The position numbers were made by a program, and so were the translations under genes. A DNA stretch of 64,000 nucleotides from Euglena gracilis (Eukaryota), in contig CP154954.1 in NCBI GenBank assembly GCA_039621445.1, positions 20,074,642-20,138,641 on the forward strand, in the 5' to 3' direction. Below the pieces are notes generated by a model, which made no database searches, was not told where the DNA came from, and saw only the letters and a list, made by a program, of their open reading frames with translations. The number at the start of each line of letters is the position of its first letter. Position 1 is the first letter of the stretch. This document shows positions 51,118 to 61,611 of the stretch, piece after piece.

Positions 51118-51210
51118 CATTGCCAGCGGTGCGGGGTGTACCTAGGAGTGTGCGGGACGTACCCTTGGTGGTTGCGCTGGCCAGAATCGATGGGTGCGGG
51201 GTTTTTGACC
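51118..51210 (-). CDS. Possible exon (SKTPHPSILASATTKGTSRTLLGTPRTAGN; frame ambiguous)
   Basis: cacacag / GTGTA boundaries; phase 1 to 1 fits the next exon. Confidence 0.35.
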
Positions 51211-51561
51211 CTGTGTGACCCTTTGAAAGTGACCGGTTTGGATGTCTGCCCAAGTGGTGTGAGGAATTGCACACTGCCCATTTTATTTTAGAGGGTCTGG
51301 AAAATGGAAAAATGTGTCGCTTTCCAGAAAAATGGACACGCTTGGGGAGACCCTTATTATTTTGGGTTGTAGAAGGGGTTGGGCAAACACACCAGTTTGA
51401 ATTAGATCCAATCCAGCCTACTCCAACCCACCTGTGCCTGAAGCACCCACTGAGCCTTTGAAAAGAGAGTGAATTTGAAAGTAAAACAAAGAATGAATTT
51501 GAAGGTAAAGTTCTTGCCGGGCAAGATTGCAAGAAGCAAGAGAGCGAGATCGATCTTGGTG

Positions 51562-51730
51562 CTAAAGCTGTGGCCCAGACGTCATGATATGGGTCCCCCC
51601 AACCACCTGCGATGAGGCCACGTGGGAGACAGCTCTCACTGGCGTGCTGACCACCTCCACGGCAGGAGCTGCGTGTACAATGGTCTGCTCTGGTGCGCTG
51701 TATGCCACCGCCGATGCAGATGCGCCTGGG
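51562..51730 (-). CDS. Ala/Val/Ser-rich exon (..ASASAVAYSAPEQTIVHAAPAVEVVSTPVRAVSHVASSQVVGGTHIMTSGPQL*)
   Basis: Composition continues that of exon 57118-57004; boundaries unresolved; may be the terminal exon of the PDZ gene. Confidence 0.5.
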
Positions 51731-52509
51731 CTCCCTTTTTGAAAAAAATCCTGTGCATCGGAAGTCACCCAGAAAAAAAAGGGGGAAATCTGGCTGGGGC
51801 CAGCCCAGGAGTCAGTGGTGGTGCCTTGGTATAAACAGGATCCGCAGACGATTTGTTTAGAGATTAGATTACGGAAGGGAAAGAACCCCCAGGCACTTTG
51901 ACAAAAAAAGCGGCAGTGCAGGGTGGAGAATTCTGCCGCCGAACATTCACATGGTTTCTGGTGTTCCGATGCTGGTGCCTCCTTTGGGGGTGGCAATTTT
52001 GCAATTGATCACCCCCCTCCCCCAGCCGGGGACTTTATCACCCCCAATCAGGCGAAAACAATCCTAAATTGCGTGACTTGAAAGACTTTGCAGAACCCTC
52101 AATGCCATCCAGACCATATGGAAATACACCGACGAAGAAAATAAAAAACAGCCCGGATGAGATATATGGAGTGGTAAGGGGGACAGTGTACGGTTGGCCT
52201 TCCAGAGGGTAGACGGGGACAAGTGGCCACGCGAAGCACAACAAATCAACACCAATGTCCTGGCAAAAAAATTCAGCTGGGTCAGAATTTTTCAACCAAT
52301 TTTCTTGAGCCAAAACTGGAGAAAAACATCGAGGAAAAACATTTGTTCACCATTTGGCCGCTTTTCTTTGAGCCAAATTTTTCAGACAAAAAATAATAAG
52401 TCAATCTGAAAAAAAACCAGTGGGGAGGTTGGCCAGATACTTAGCGATTATATGGTCTACAGCCACTGTGACCACTGGGGGGGGGAGGTGCTGGCTGGCT
52501 GGACCAGAC

Positions 52510-52805
52510 CAGGCTGTTTTTTTACCAACCCCGGGAGGGGAGGGGGGGGTCCGGAGTGCCTGCCCAGGCAGGCACTACCCCCCCGGGGGGGTCGGATTTC
52601 GGCCTGTGCCCAGGCACATTCCTTTGAAAATAGGCCATTTTTGGCTCCCCGGCGCCTTCGGCGCCGGGGTTGTGCTAGGGCACTTTTGGCCGTGTGCCCT
52701 ACCCCTCCCGGGGGGGGGGGTCGGATTTGGAGTGCCTTGGGGTGCCTGCCCAGGCAGGCACCCCCCCTCCGGGGTGGGGTCGGCACCCGACTAAAATACA
52801 GCCTG
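52510..52805. mobile_element. hAT-type MITE (tgcctgcccaggcaggca family)
   Basis: TIR caggctgtttttt / aaaatacagcctg; perfect TSD gaccagac. Confidence 0.9.
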
Positions 52806-53689
52806 GACCAGACATCTCTTTCAGGACCCGGAGGGGGGGGGTCGCTGGGCAAGGGCTGGATATATGGGCTGGCCACCCCCCGGGGGGGGGGGGGTGGACC
52901 CCGGCTGAGCCTGAGCCGGGCCGGGCCGGGCCAAAATTGGAAAAACTGCCCCAAAAATGGCCTGCAAAACAAAGCGTTGAAAAAAAGAGCATCTGGCAAC
53001 CCTCAAAACAGTCCAAAAAGCCCACAAACACCATTTTTTTGGTCATTGTCGAGCACTTCTTTCAAAGATTTAGGCGCTTTGCGTCGAAAATTTTTAAGCT
53101 GGACCCAGAAAAAAAAAGGGCTGGCCAGGGGGCGGGCAGGCTTGTATGGGAATCTCGGAGGGGGGTGGCCCCCTTCCAAAACTAGGGGGGTGGGGGTGGG
53201 GAGACCCCCCTCCTGCCTCCAGATTTCGGTCGCCGAACTTCTCGCCGTTGAATGCAAAATTTCAGCCGTTTTGTTTTGGGTCAAAAAATCAATTTTTCTA
53301 AAAAATTTCAAAAATGGTGCGAATCAAAGGAAATGTCCAGAGACCAAAATTGAAGCCCTTAAAATGCACAATCTAACAATGTTTTGATTTCCCCGCAACT
53401 CCCCGCCAAGCCCGAGTTACAACCATTTTTTGACCAATTTTGGCCATTTTGCCAAAATTTCATATTGAGCCTCAAGATACACACCCGGCGCAAAGCGCCG
53501 GAAGATTTTTTTTCCCGCATGGGGTTGGGGTGGCCGAACACCCCACCCACCAGCCACAGACCCTCCCACCGAGACTTCAGCGGTGCCCAGCCTCCTCGCG
53601 GCGGGAGGGGGGCAACGTGTCGAAAGGCACGGCAAACCAGGCAAGAAATTTCTGGGATGAGGTGGACACCCCCACCTTCGCCTCTTTGC

Positions 53690-53905
53690 CCCCCCCCTTC
53701 AGTCCCTCGTACGATGTTCAACGCTGACCCCTCGTCCCCTCGACCCCCCCTTCAGTCCCTCGTACGATGTTCAACGCCGACCCCTCGTCCCCTCGACCCC
53801 CCCCCTTCAGTCCCTCGTATGACGTTCATAGCTGACCCCTCATCCCCTCGACCCCCCCTTCAGTCCCTCGTACGATGTTCAACGCCGACCCCTCGTCCCC
53901 CCCCT
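53690..53905. repeat. Tandem repeat, about 55-bp unit x 4
   Basis: cccccttcagtccctcgtacgatgttcaacgccgacccctcgtcccctcga repeated. Confidence 0.9.
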
Positions 53906-55684
53906 TGTCTTTTTCAGTTCCTGTGGTTGTTCTACCAGTGGCGCTGGCTCTTCGTGTGCCCGTGGGCGGCGTGGTGCTGGGCTTTGCCCACGCTGACCCA
54001 CGGCACTGCGCCTTGTATGAGAGCCATATCAAACCAAACCAAACCACCAGCCACAGAGTTGCGGGGGTTCCCGTGCAGCCGTGCCGGGGAGGTCTGCAAA
54101 GAGATGACTGGGCTGGGCCCTGGGCTGGTCACTGGTTACAAGGAGTCTGTGGGGGGTTGGATCCTCCACCCAGCACAGCACCATGCAATTTTTTTTTATC
54201 TGGCACCATAAGAAATTTTCGACCAAACAACCAGTGCCACAGGGAAGAAGGAAACTGGTAGGGGTTCGGACCCCACCCGCCAGGATGGGGGTGGAAAGCA
54301 GGGGGTTGTACCCCCACCCACCACCCATGGGGTCCGGGAGTTTCCTCGGCTGACATCCCACAGCCTGGCATTCAGGGTCATGTGGCTTCCTGTGCGGTGC
54401 GGGTCCCCGATGCGTAATCCACGCCGAGTGCGATGCGGGCTGGGGAGGACAACATCAAGCAGCCATCATGGGAAACTCGTTGTCGAGCCGTTTTGTTGCC
54501 ATGGTTTGAAAAAGAACTTTTGGGGGAAATCCGCTGCAAACACCACAACCAGACTCCTTCAGAACACCTGGGGGAGGATGCCATAGGAGGAGGCACAAAC
54601 CCCTGGGGGGGATGTAAGACCAGGTGGGAGGTACGAGGGTTGGATGCAGGGGGGAGGATTGATACTAAAAAAAAAATATAAAAATTTTGGACATGTAAAA
54701 ATTTGGCGGCCCAAACAAAAACGGGTTTAAAAAATTTGGATGGATTTGTTCCGCCAATTTTTATCAAAGAAAAACAGGGAAATTTTAGAAAATTTTCAAA
54801 AAATTGGCGGTCGCGGCCAAAATTGTACAAAAATATTTGGTGGGATTATTTCTGCAAATTGTTTCCATTCCATTTTTGGTCATTGCCAATCCCCCCCGGC
54901 AATTTTCTGCCAGTTTTGGATTATCCACCTAAGGCATTGTGTGCTTCCATTCCAGAATCACCATGCTCCCAAAATTCCAAAAATCATGTTTTTTGGACCT
55001 TTTTGTCGGAAAAAATGTGAAAACTCTCAAAACGCTCAAAACTTGCATCTATGTTGCAAAATGACCAAAATTGTGTAAATTCCCTCCAGAAATGTACTAA
55101 TTCCCAAAACCGCAATTTTCTTGCAACCCTTCCGTAATTTTCCGCAATTTCCCCCCAATTTCCCCGCAATTTTCCCGAAGACCTCTGATATCAACTTCCC
55201 CCCTGGATCATTTTTTTTTGGCTATCAGTCACTCAGACCGCGCTAGGGTGGAGGGACCCCACTCCTCTTCGACTGGGGCGGTCCACCCTCCTCGCCCTGA
55301 AAATTTTGGTCTCAGGTAAAAATCTGGTCCAGCAGGCGGAATTTTCCAAGCCGGAATTATTTCCCTGCAGAAATTGGGGGGAAACCGAAAACAGGCCCAG
55401 AAGTTGCCAAAATTTGTCAAAATGTGGGCATTTATGAAACAATTTTTGCCTGTTGCCAAAATTACCCTTTTGGACCTATCTCTGAACCCTCCCGCAGGTA
55501 GGCTGTTTTCAGTCAAAATTTTCAGCAAAAAAAAATTCAAAAGGCAGACTCCCAAAAATAACCCCCCTTCTTTTTAACCCCCCCAGGCTTTTGCTTAAAA
55601 ACCCTGGGGGGGGTACTGGCTAGCCAATCGGCTAGACACTGGAAAAAATGGACTAGCTAGACCCCCCTCCCCCCGGGGGGGGGG

Positions 55685-56082
55685 CAGGGTTTGATATGAG
55701 GACAGGTGGGGGGGGTGGTCCGCCCCCCCCCTGCGGGCCAGGAGGGGGGGGGGGTGGGGGGGGGGGGACACCCCCCCACCTAAACAGTGGCGCGGTCCGG
55801 GTGACCGAAAAATTTTGACCCCCCTCCAAAACGACCAAAGGTGCCATTTTGGGCACTTTTTGGGCAAACCTTTGCCAAAAATGCAAAAAATTTTCAGCGT
55901 AAAGCGCCGGAGGAAAAAAATTGACCCTTTTGGGGGGGGTCCCGGGTACCACCCCCAGGGTCGGTCCGGACCCCCCTGGCAGGTGGGGGGGGTGCCTACC
56001 CCCCCCTGCGGGCCAGGAGGGGGGGGGTGGGGGGAACACCCCCCCACCCAAACCATGTACGCCCTCCTTATATCAAACCCTG
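55685..56082. mobile_element. hAT-type MITE inserted in a G-run; related copy at 58812-59177
   Basis: TIR cagggtttgatat / atatcaaaccctg; G8 flanks. Confidence 0.75.
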
Positions 56083-57003
56083 GGGGGGGGGGGGTCCGGG
56101 GGTCCCCCGAACTGGGGGAAAAAAAATTTCCTCCGGCGCTGTGCGCCAGAGGAAAAATGAGGTTTTTAATCAGGTTTGGGCTGATTTTGTTCCAAAAATT
56201 CCCAAAAATGGCCAAAAACGAGCATTTTGGGCCATTTTTGGGGGGTTCCAAAAAATTTTCGGCGCTTCGCGCTGGTCACTGGAAAAAAAATTTCCATTAG
56301 CTAGCCCTGCTGGCAGACCTCCCGGGGGGGGAGGGTACTGCAATCCCGTAAGCAAATGCCTGCCCCCCCCCCAAATAACAGGGCGGGGTGCCCCATTATA
56401 CTGGCACCATCTTTTTGACCTTCCCCCCTGCCCCGTTATTCGGGCACTACCTGCCATCATCAAACGTTGGATCCCGCCCCGATTTTCACTACTAATGGAC
56501 CCCCCTGGGGGGATAACTGGTAAATCCGTGCCATGACACAGATATGCATGCATGTTTGTATACATACGTACATATATATACTCGCGGCAGGCAAGAATTG
56601 TGGAATATTCTCGTCCTAACCTCTTGGACCAAAAAAACTGAGGGTGCCCCGTTATTGGAACCATCTTTTTCGGCCTTCCCCCCACCCCGTTATTCGGGCA
56701 CTGCCCACTCAAAGGGCACTGCCCCGCTATTTGGGGGGGGTTAGGGTTTGAGGCCAATGGGAGGTCTGCTTGAGGGAGGACCCTAGAATTCCGTGCAGCA
56801 CTTTGCACTGAAAAATTTAATAAATTTGAAATAGCTCTGCCCCTACAGTGCCCTAAAACGCGCTTTGGCCAATTCTGGAGCAGCAAATGCCACTGTTCAG
56901 GTGGGAGGGGACACCCCCACCCCAGGGTTCAATCTTGGAGGGTGCAACTGCGCCCAATAAGACCCACCGCTCCATTTGGAAGGAATGTGTGGCATGGATG
57001 CTT

Positions 57004-57118
57004 GGACACAACCGCTGGGGCACTGACCGTATTGGAAACAACCACCGGGGCAGGGAGTGCTAAAGGAGCAGCCTGGGGCTGGTACAAAGTCAACCCGGCA
57101 GGTATCACACCAGTTCCC
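57004..57118 (-). CDS. PDZ-gene exon (GTGVIPAGLTLYQPQAAPLALPAPVVVSNTVSAPAVVS)
   Basis: gtccacag acceptor; phase 2 matches the previous exon; 3' end approximate. Confidence 0.6.
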
Positions 57119-57424
57119 CTGTGGACGAGAGGCAAGGGGTGAAAACAGACGATGTGACACAGTACGATGCGATGTGACACAATACGATGCGATGTGACGG
57201 GATGTTGTCCGTCATGGCACGATTCAGTCAAAACCCGAAGTGAAACAGCATGGCAAACTGAATCTTCAAATGCGAATTCTGTTTTTTATTTCAGTTTTTT
57301 TTGTTCTTTTACTCTGGGGTGTGGGACTATTTTTGTTTTCCCCGAACGACGACGCAATGGAGACTCAGCGAAACATGCTCATATCAAAACGCCCCCCTCC
57401 AGGATTGGAGGCAGGGAAACATAC

Positions 57425-57509
57425 TGAATGATGCGGGTAGTGCCTGCCAGCTGCGTCGGAACGTGGGATGGTGGCTGAATAAGTGTGCCAGGAACTTCAG
57501 CATACCGCC
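57425..57509 (-). CDS. PDZ-gene exon (RYAEVPGTLIQPPSHVPTQLAGTTRII)
   Basis: ctctcag / GTATG; phase 1 to 2. Confidence 0.65.
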
Positions 57510-57956
57510 CTGAGAGAATGAGCACAGGACAAAATGGCTCTCCTACCTTGCAATTTCACAATTCAGCGTAGCAAAACCACAAAAAGTCAGCCAGTGAATG
57601 TTTTTGCCTCTCAGTTCTGGCTCAACAGAGGCAAATTAAATCATGAATTGTTGCGAAAAAATGCACTAAAATGCTTTGTTTGTGGGCAGCAAAAAAAAAA
57701 GCCAGACATCTCCAAATCAGACATGAATTGAAAGCCTCAAATTGTTTTGATTGTTCTCGAGGAAAGAAGGAATGGAGTAAGGGGGGGCAATGAAAACCAT
57801 CGCGGGGCTGGGGGCTTCACAAGCTGCACCTGTTGATCCCATCTCGACCTCACTAAAAGAATACTTTTTGGACAAGATATCAAACACAATTCAGTGCTTT
57901 GCTTCAGAAAATGACACAGTTTGATTCATTGGTCTGGTGCATTACGAATAGCACAC

Positions 57957-58022
57957 TTTCAAACCCAGGATCATTTGGGAGCAATCCACTGTGGCTCTGG
58001 TACGGCTTGGGTGCTGGGAGAC
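57957..58022 (-). CDS. PDZ-gene exon (LPAPKPYQSHSGLLPNDPGFE)
   Basis: cattcag / GTGTG; phase 1 to 1. Confidence 0.6.
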
Positions 58023-58344
58023 CTGAATGAACAGATGCGAATGAACAGGACAGGGGCAATTCTGATGACCGGGGAGAGGGGGAGGGGATCAACCCGCTGC
58101 ATTTCCCGAACCAGCCCAAAAATACTCCAGCATCTGAACTGGAACTGGCCCCCTAGCATCTCAGTGGAGGCACACCGTCGCCCGGGGGGGGGGGGGCACT
58201 TTCGGGCCCCCAGCGCCTTTTATGTCAAGGGGCGTACTCTAATGCTACCCAACCAAAACCTGACCCCCCCCTGGGGGCAAAATTGCCCTTCCCCAGGTAA
58301 GTTGGAAGTCTGGACTATTGCCCTTGTGCCTGCGTGTGCATGCA

Positions 58345-58360
58345 TTGCGTGCGTGCGTGT

Positions 58361-58397
<37 letters not shown>

Positions 58398-58404
58398 GGT
58401 GTGG

Positions 58405-58440
<36 letters not shown>

Positions 58441-58470
58441 GGGTGGGTGTGTGTGTGTGTGTGGGTGTGT

Positions 58471-58510
<40 letters not shown>

Positions 58511-58527
58511 GGGTGGGTGTGTGTGTG

Positions 58528-58604
<77 letters not shown>

Positions 58605-58670
58605 TGTGGGTGTGTGTGTGTGTGTGTGTGTGTGGGTGCGGATGGGTGGGTTGGTGGGTGGGTGGGTGTT
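58345..58670 (+). repeat. Long imperfect (TG)n/(TGGG)n microsatellite, intronic
   Basis: Direct reading. Confidence 0.95.
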
Positions 58671-58712
58671 GTGTTCAGGAGGTAGGTGGGTGGGTGTGCG
58701 TGTTCAGGTCAC

Positions 58713-58793
58713 CTGCAAAGCGAGGTTCAATCGCTTTCTTTGGCCGGTCAGGGATGGTCAAGATGACGCACCCAGGCTTCTTTTCAAACAACC
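58713..58793 (-). CDS. PDZ-gene exon (LFEKKPGCVILTIPDRPKKAIEPRFA)
   Basis: tttcccccag / GTGAC; phase 1 to 1. Confidence 0.6.
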
Positions 58794-59871
58794 CTGGGGG
58801 AAAGGATGGTTCAGGGCTTGATATAAAAGCAGTTGGGGGGGGGGTCGGACCCCCCTGGTCCAGGGGGGGGGGGCACCTCACCTAAACAGTAGTGAGGTGG
58901 GTGATTTCCACCCGGTGCAAAACCCGGGTCGAAATTTCCCCCCAAATGGCCAAAAAAAAATCATTTTGGGCAGTTTTGGGGCAAACAATTGTCCAAAATG
59001 CAGGAAAAAAATCGGCGCAAAGCACCGAAAGGAAATTTCGACCTTTGGGGGGTCCCACCCGAGTTGGTCCGGACCCTCTTGACGGGAAGGGGGGGGGATC
59101 CAAACCGCCCCTCTGGTCTGGGAGGTGGGGGGACACTGCCACCTAAATCCTGTACACCCTCCTCATATCGAACCCTGGGGTGGCGCTTGTGCTGTGCACA
59201 GCAGTCAGTTTCTTTCCTGGCTTGGGCTGACCCAGGCAAATTTCTCTTGAAGACACTTCAGGGCAGGTGGGTGGTCCGGCCCCCTCTCCTTTGGTCAAAG
59301 GGGGACACCCAGGGCTGTACAGGAAGGTCTGGGGGTGGTCGACCCTACCCACCACAGCACCGCGCCGGGGAAATTTTGAAAAAAATCCGCAAATCGGGAA
59401 ATTGATCTGAAAATGGGAAATGAAGCGGAAAATGATGTGGGGTGGGGCATACTCTCCAACCTGCAAGGATGGTGGTGGGGGTGTTTGAACCCCCCCCATG
59501 CACCACATGGACTTTGGGGGGTTCCTGTACAGACCCTGGACAACCCCTTCCTAAACAAAATTTTGGTCAAAATGCAATCCTGGCACGTTTTGAGGGAATC
59601 CTGTGACGAATACTAAAAAGACAAAAGGAAAAAATGTTGTTAAATGAAAGGGAGGGGGAGGGTTGACTCCCCAGGGCCAAAAAAGTTTCAAAGCGATATC
59701 AAAAAGTGCTCCAAAAGCGCGTTTTCAGGCTATTTGATCGGGATGACAAAAATGCATGGTGAATCACTGGACATCATCAATTCTTGACCTCAGGCCCCAG
59801 TGGGATCATCAACCTTCCCTGAGGAGAAGCCTGGATGCACCACTCGGAGACATTGCCCGACACAGTCACAC

Positions 59872-59991
59872 GGCGTAACCTCCACGTGAACTTGGCGCCA
59901 ATGGCCACCCGGTTGAGCAGAGTGTACAGCTGAGAGACCTTGGTGACGGCCAAGTTGTCCATGGAAATGATGGCATCCCCAGGTTCTGCTC
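59872..59991 (-). CDS. PDZ-like domain, C-terminal half (GAEPGDAIISMDNLAVTKVSQLYTLLNRVAIGAKFTWRLR)
   Basis: Fits the PDZ GxxxGDxIxxxxxxxV pattern; caccacag acceptor; donor tentative (GTGTG). Confidence 0.75.
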
Positions 59992-60510
59992 CTGTGGTGA
60001 GAAGCATTTGGGAACATGTGTCCTTGGCTGCAAACTTTTCTTGTTTGTTTATTTCATATTCATATGGGCCAGATGCAAAGGAAACCCCAACCTTGGGGAA
60101 GACCCATGCCGGTGTCACGCTGTTCTACAATTCTACTTGCTACAATCTTTAAAAAAAAACAATCAATCAGTTGTTCTGCTGTTATATATCGGCAAAGCTT
60201 TAAAATGTCCACCAAACAGCACTCACAAGTGGTGGAAAACACTTTCAGTGGCTTCTGTGGCAAGCAAAATGGGGGAAAAAACAAGGAAGAAATGTGTGTT
60301 TGAAAAAAATTGAAAAACGAGTGGATCTTTTCGATTTCACTCAAATATAAAATCACAATACCTGGGATGCTTGCAACTCATGAGAAGGAGAATAAATGCC
60401 CATCCCATTCTGGAACATTGGCTTTGGCATATGACAAGACATGATTAAAGCAAATGATTACTTCTCCAACAGAATGTTCATTGAGAATGCCGTGGCGCCA
60501 CAGTCGATAC

Positions 60511-60643
60511 CTGACCGGTAAAGCGTGCCCTTTGAGCTGAGAGTCTTGATGCGGACCCCAGCACCAAAAGTGGGGCTGAAGAAGGCCTCCACCTCACAAT
60601 CCAAGCGTTCCAGCAGTTTGGCCAGCTCTGCTTCATAGACAGC
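60511..60643 (-). CDS. PDZ-gene exon with N-terminal half of the domain (AVYEAELAKLLERLDCEVEAFFSPTFGAGVRIKTLSSKGTLYRS)
   Basis: catcag / GTATC; splices in frame to 59991 giving ..TLYRSGAEPGD.. Confidence 0.75.
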
Positions 60644-60688
60644 CTGATGGAGGCAAACAGAAATGGCAGTGACGCAACCGTGTCGCAC

Positions 60689-60779
60689 CCAAACTTGAGC
60701 ATCCAAATGGTGGACCTCATCCTGGTTCGCCGCCCCAATGCTCACCCACGCCCACACATGTGGCGCCCCGCTCCTTGCC
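60689..60779 (-). CDS. PDZ-gene exon (ARSGAPHVWAWVSIGAANQDEVHHLDAQVW)
   Basis: ccccag / GTGCG; followed by a 45-nt GT-AG intron. Confidence 0.65.
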
Positions 60780-60861
60780 CTGGGGGTGGGACGCCAGAAA
60801 AACCCACAAAAACCCCTTTGAAATGAAATTGTGGCAACAGAAAATAATGCAGGAAGCATAC

Positions 60862-60905
60862 GTCGTGAGGATCTTGAACGACTTCTTGGCCCTTTCTTTC
60901 ATTGG
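60862..60905 (-). CDS. PDZ-gene exon (PMKERAKKSFKILT)
   Basis: ctccgcag / GTATG; phase 0 to 2 matches the next exon. Confidence 0.65.
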
Positions 60906-61365
60906 CTGCGGAGAAGTACAAAGCAGCAGCAGGATCTTTCAGGGCATCGTTCGCAGAAATCAAAATCATTGGGGGGAAAACATTACAATTGCCCCCGTAT
61001 TTTGTAAAAATAATCAGTTTTGTACTGAAAACGCAGTTGTCAAATGTTTTCTCTTTGCCCATGGCAAGCCCAACGTTGGGAATATGGTGCTGTCCCGGGA
61101 ATTATTATTCCCTTTGTTGTGCTGCTGCTGCTGCTGCTGTGCGTCGGAGGTCAAACCAGTAAATATGAGGGGGGGATGACCAACTTTTTTGATTTGCACC
61201 ATGCAGGACAAACATTTCTTGTTTCAGAGAAAAATGATGTCTAAAATTGCAAGCCGTGTCCTGTACTTTGTGAAACGTGCGAAGGATATAATTCAGACAA
61301 AGAGGGCAGATTGCAGAAGGCTACATGCTCAGGGAACATGGGAGGGAGAAAACAATAGATAATAC

Positions 61366-61422
61366 TTGGAGCACTTGAAGCAGCTTGAGAATGGTCCACC
61401 AGAACCACAGCACGGGAAGCAT
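61366..61422 (-). CDS. Upstream (possibly first) exon of the PDZ gene (MLPVLWFWWTILKLLQVLQ)
   Basis: ttttttgcag / GTATT; phase 0 to 0. Confidence 0.5.
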
Positions 61423-61611
61423 CTGCAAAAAAAAGTGGAACTTGAAAAAAAGCCAAAAACGAAAAAAAAGCAAAAAGACTAATGAATTAATTTTGATCAC
61501 TGGATAAAAACAGAACCAATAATAAAAAAAATAACAAAGCACTCAAGCAGCAGGGGAAACGGAGAAAATTGTCATTCTAATGGATAAAGAGTACAAACCT
61601 GAAACACCGGT

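Noticed and set aside
52452-54211. 311-aa and 275-aa G/P/R-rich ORFs
   Set aside because: Composed of MITE and tandem-repeat sequence
57921-58885. Long CV-rich ORFs
   Set aside because: Translation of a (TG)n microsatellite
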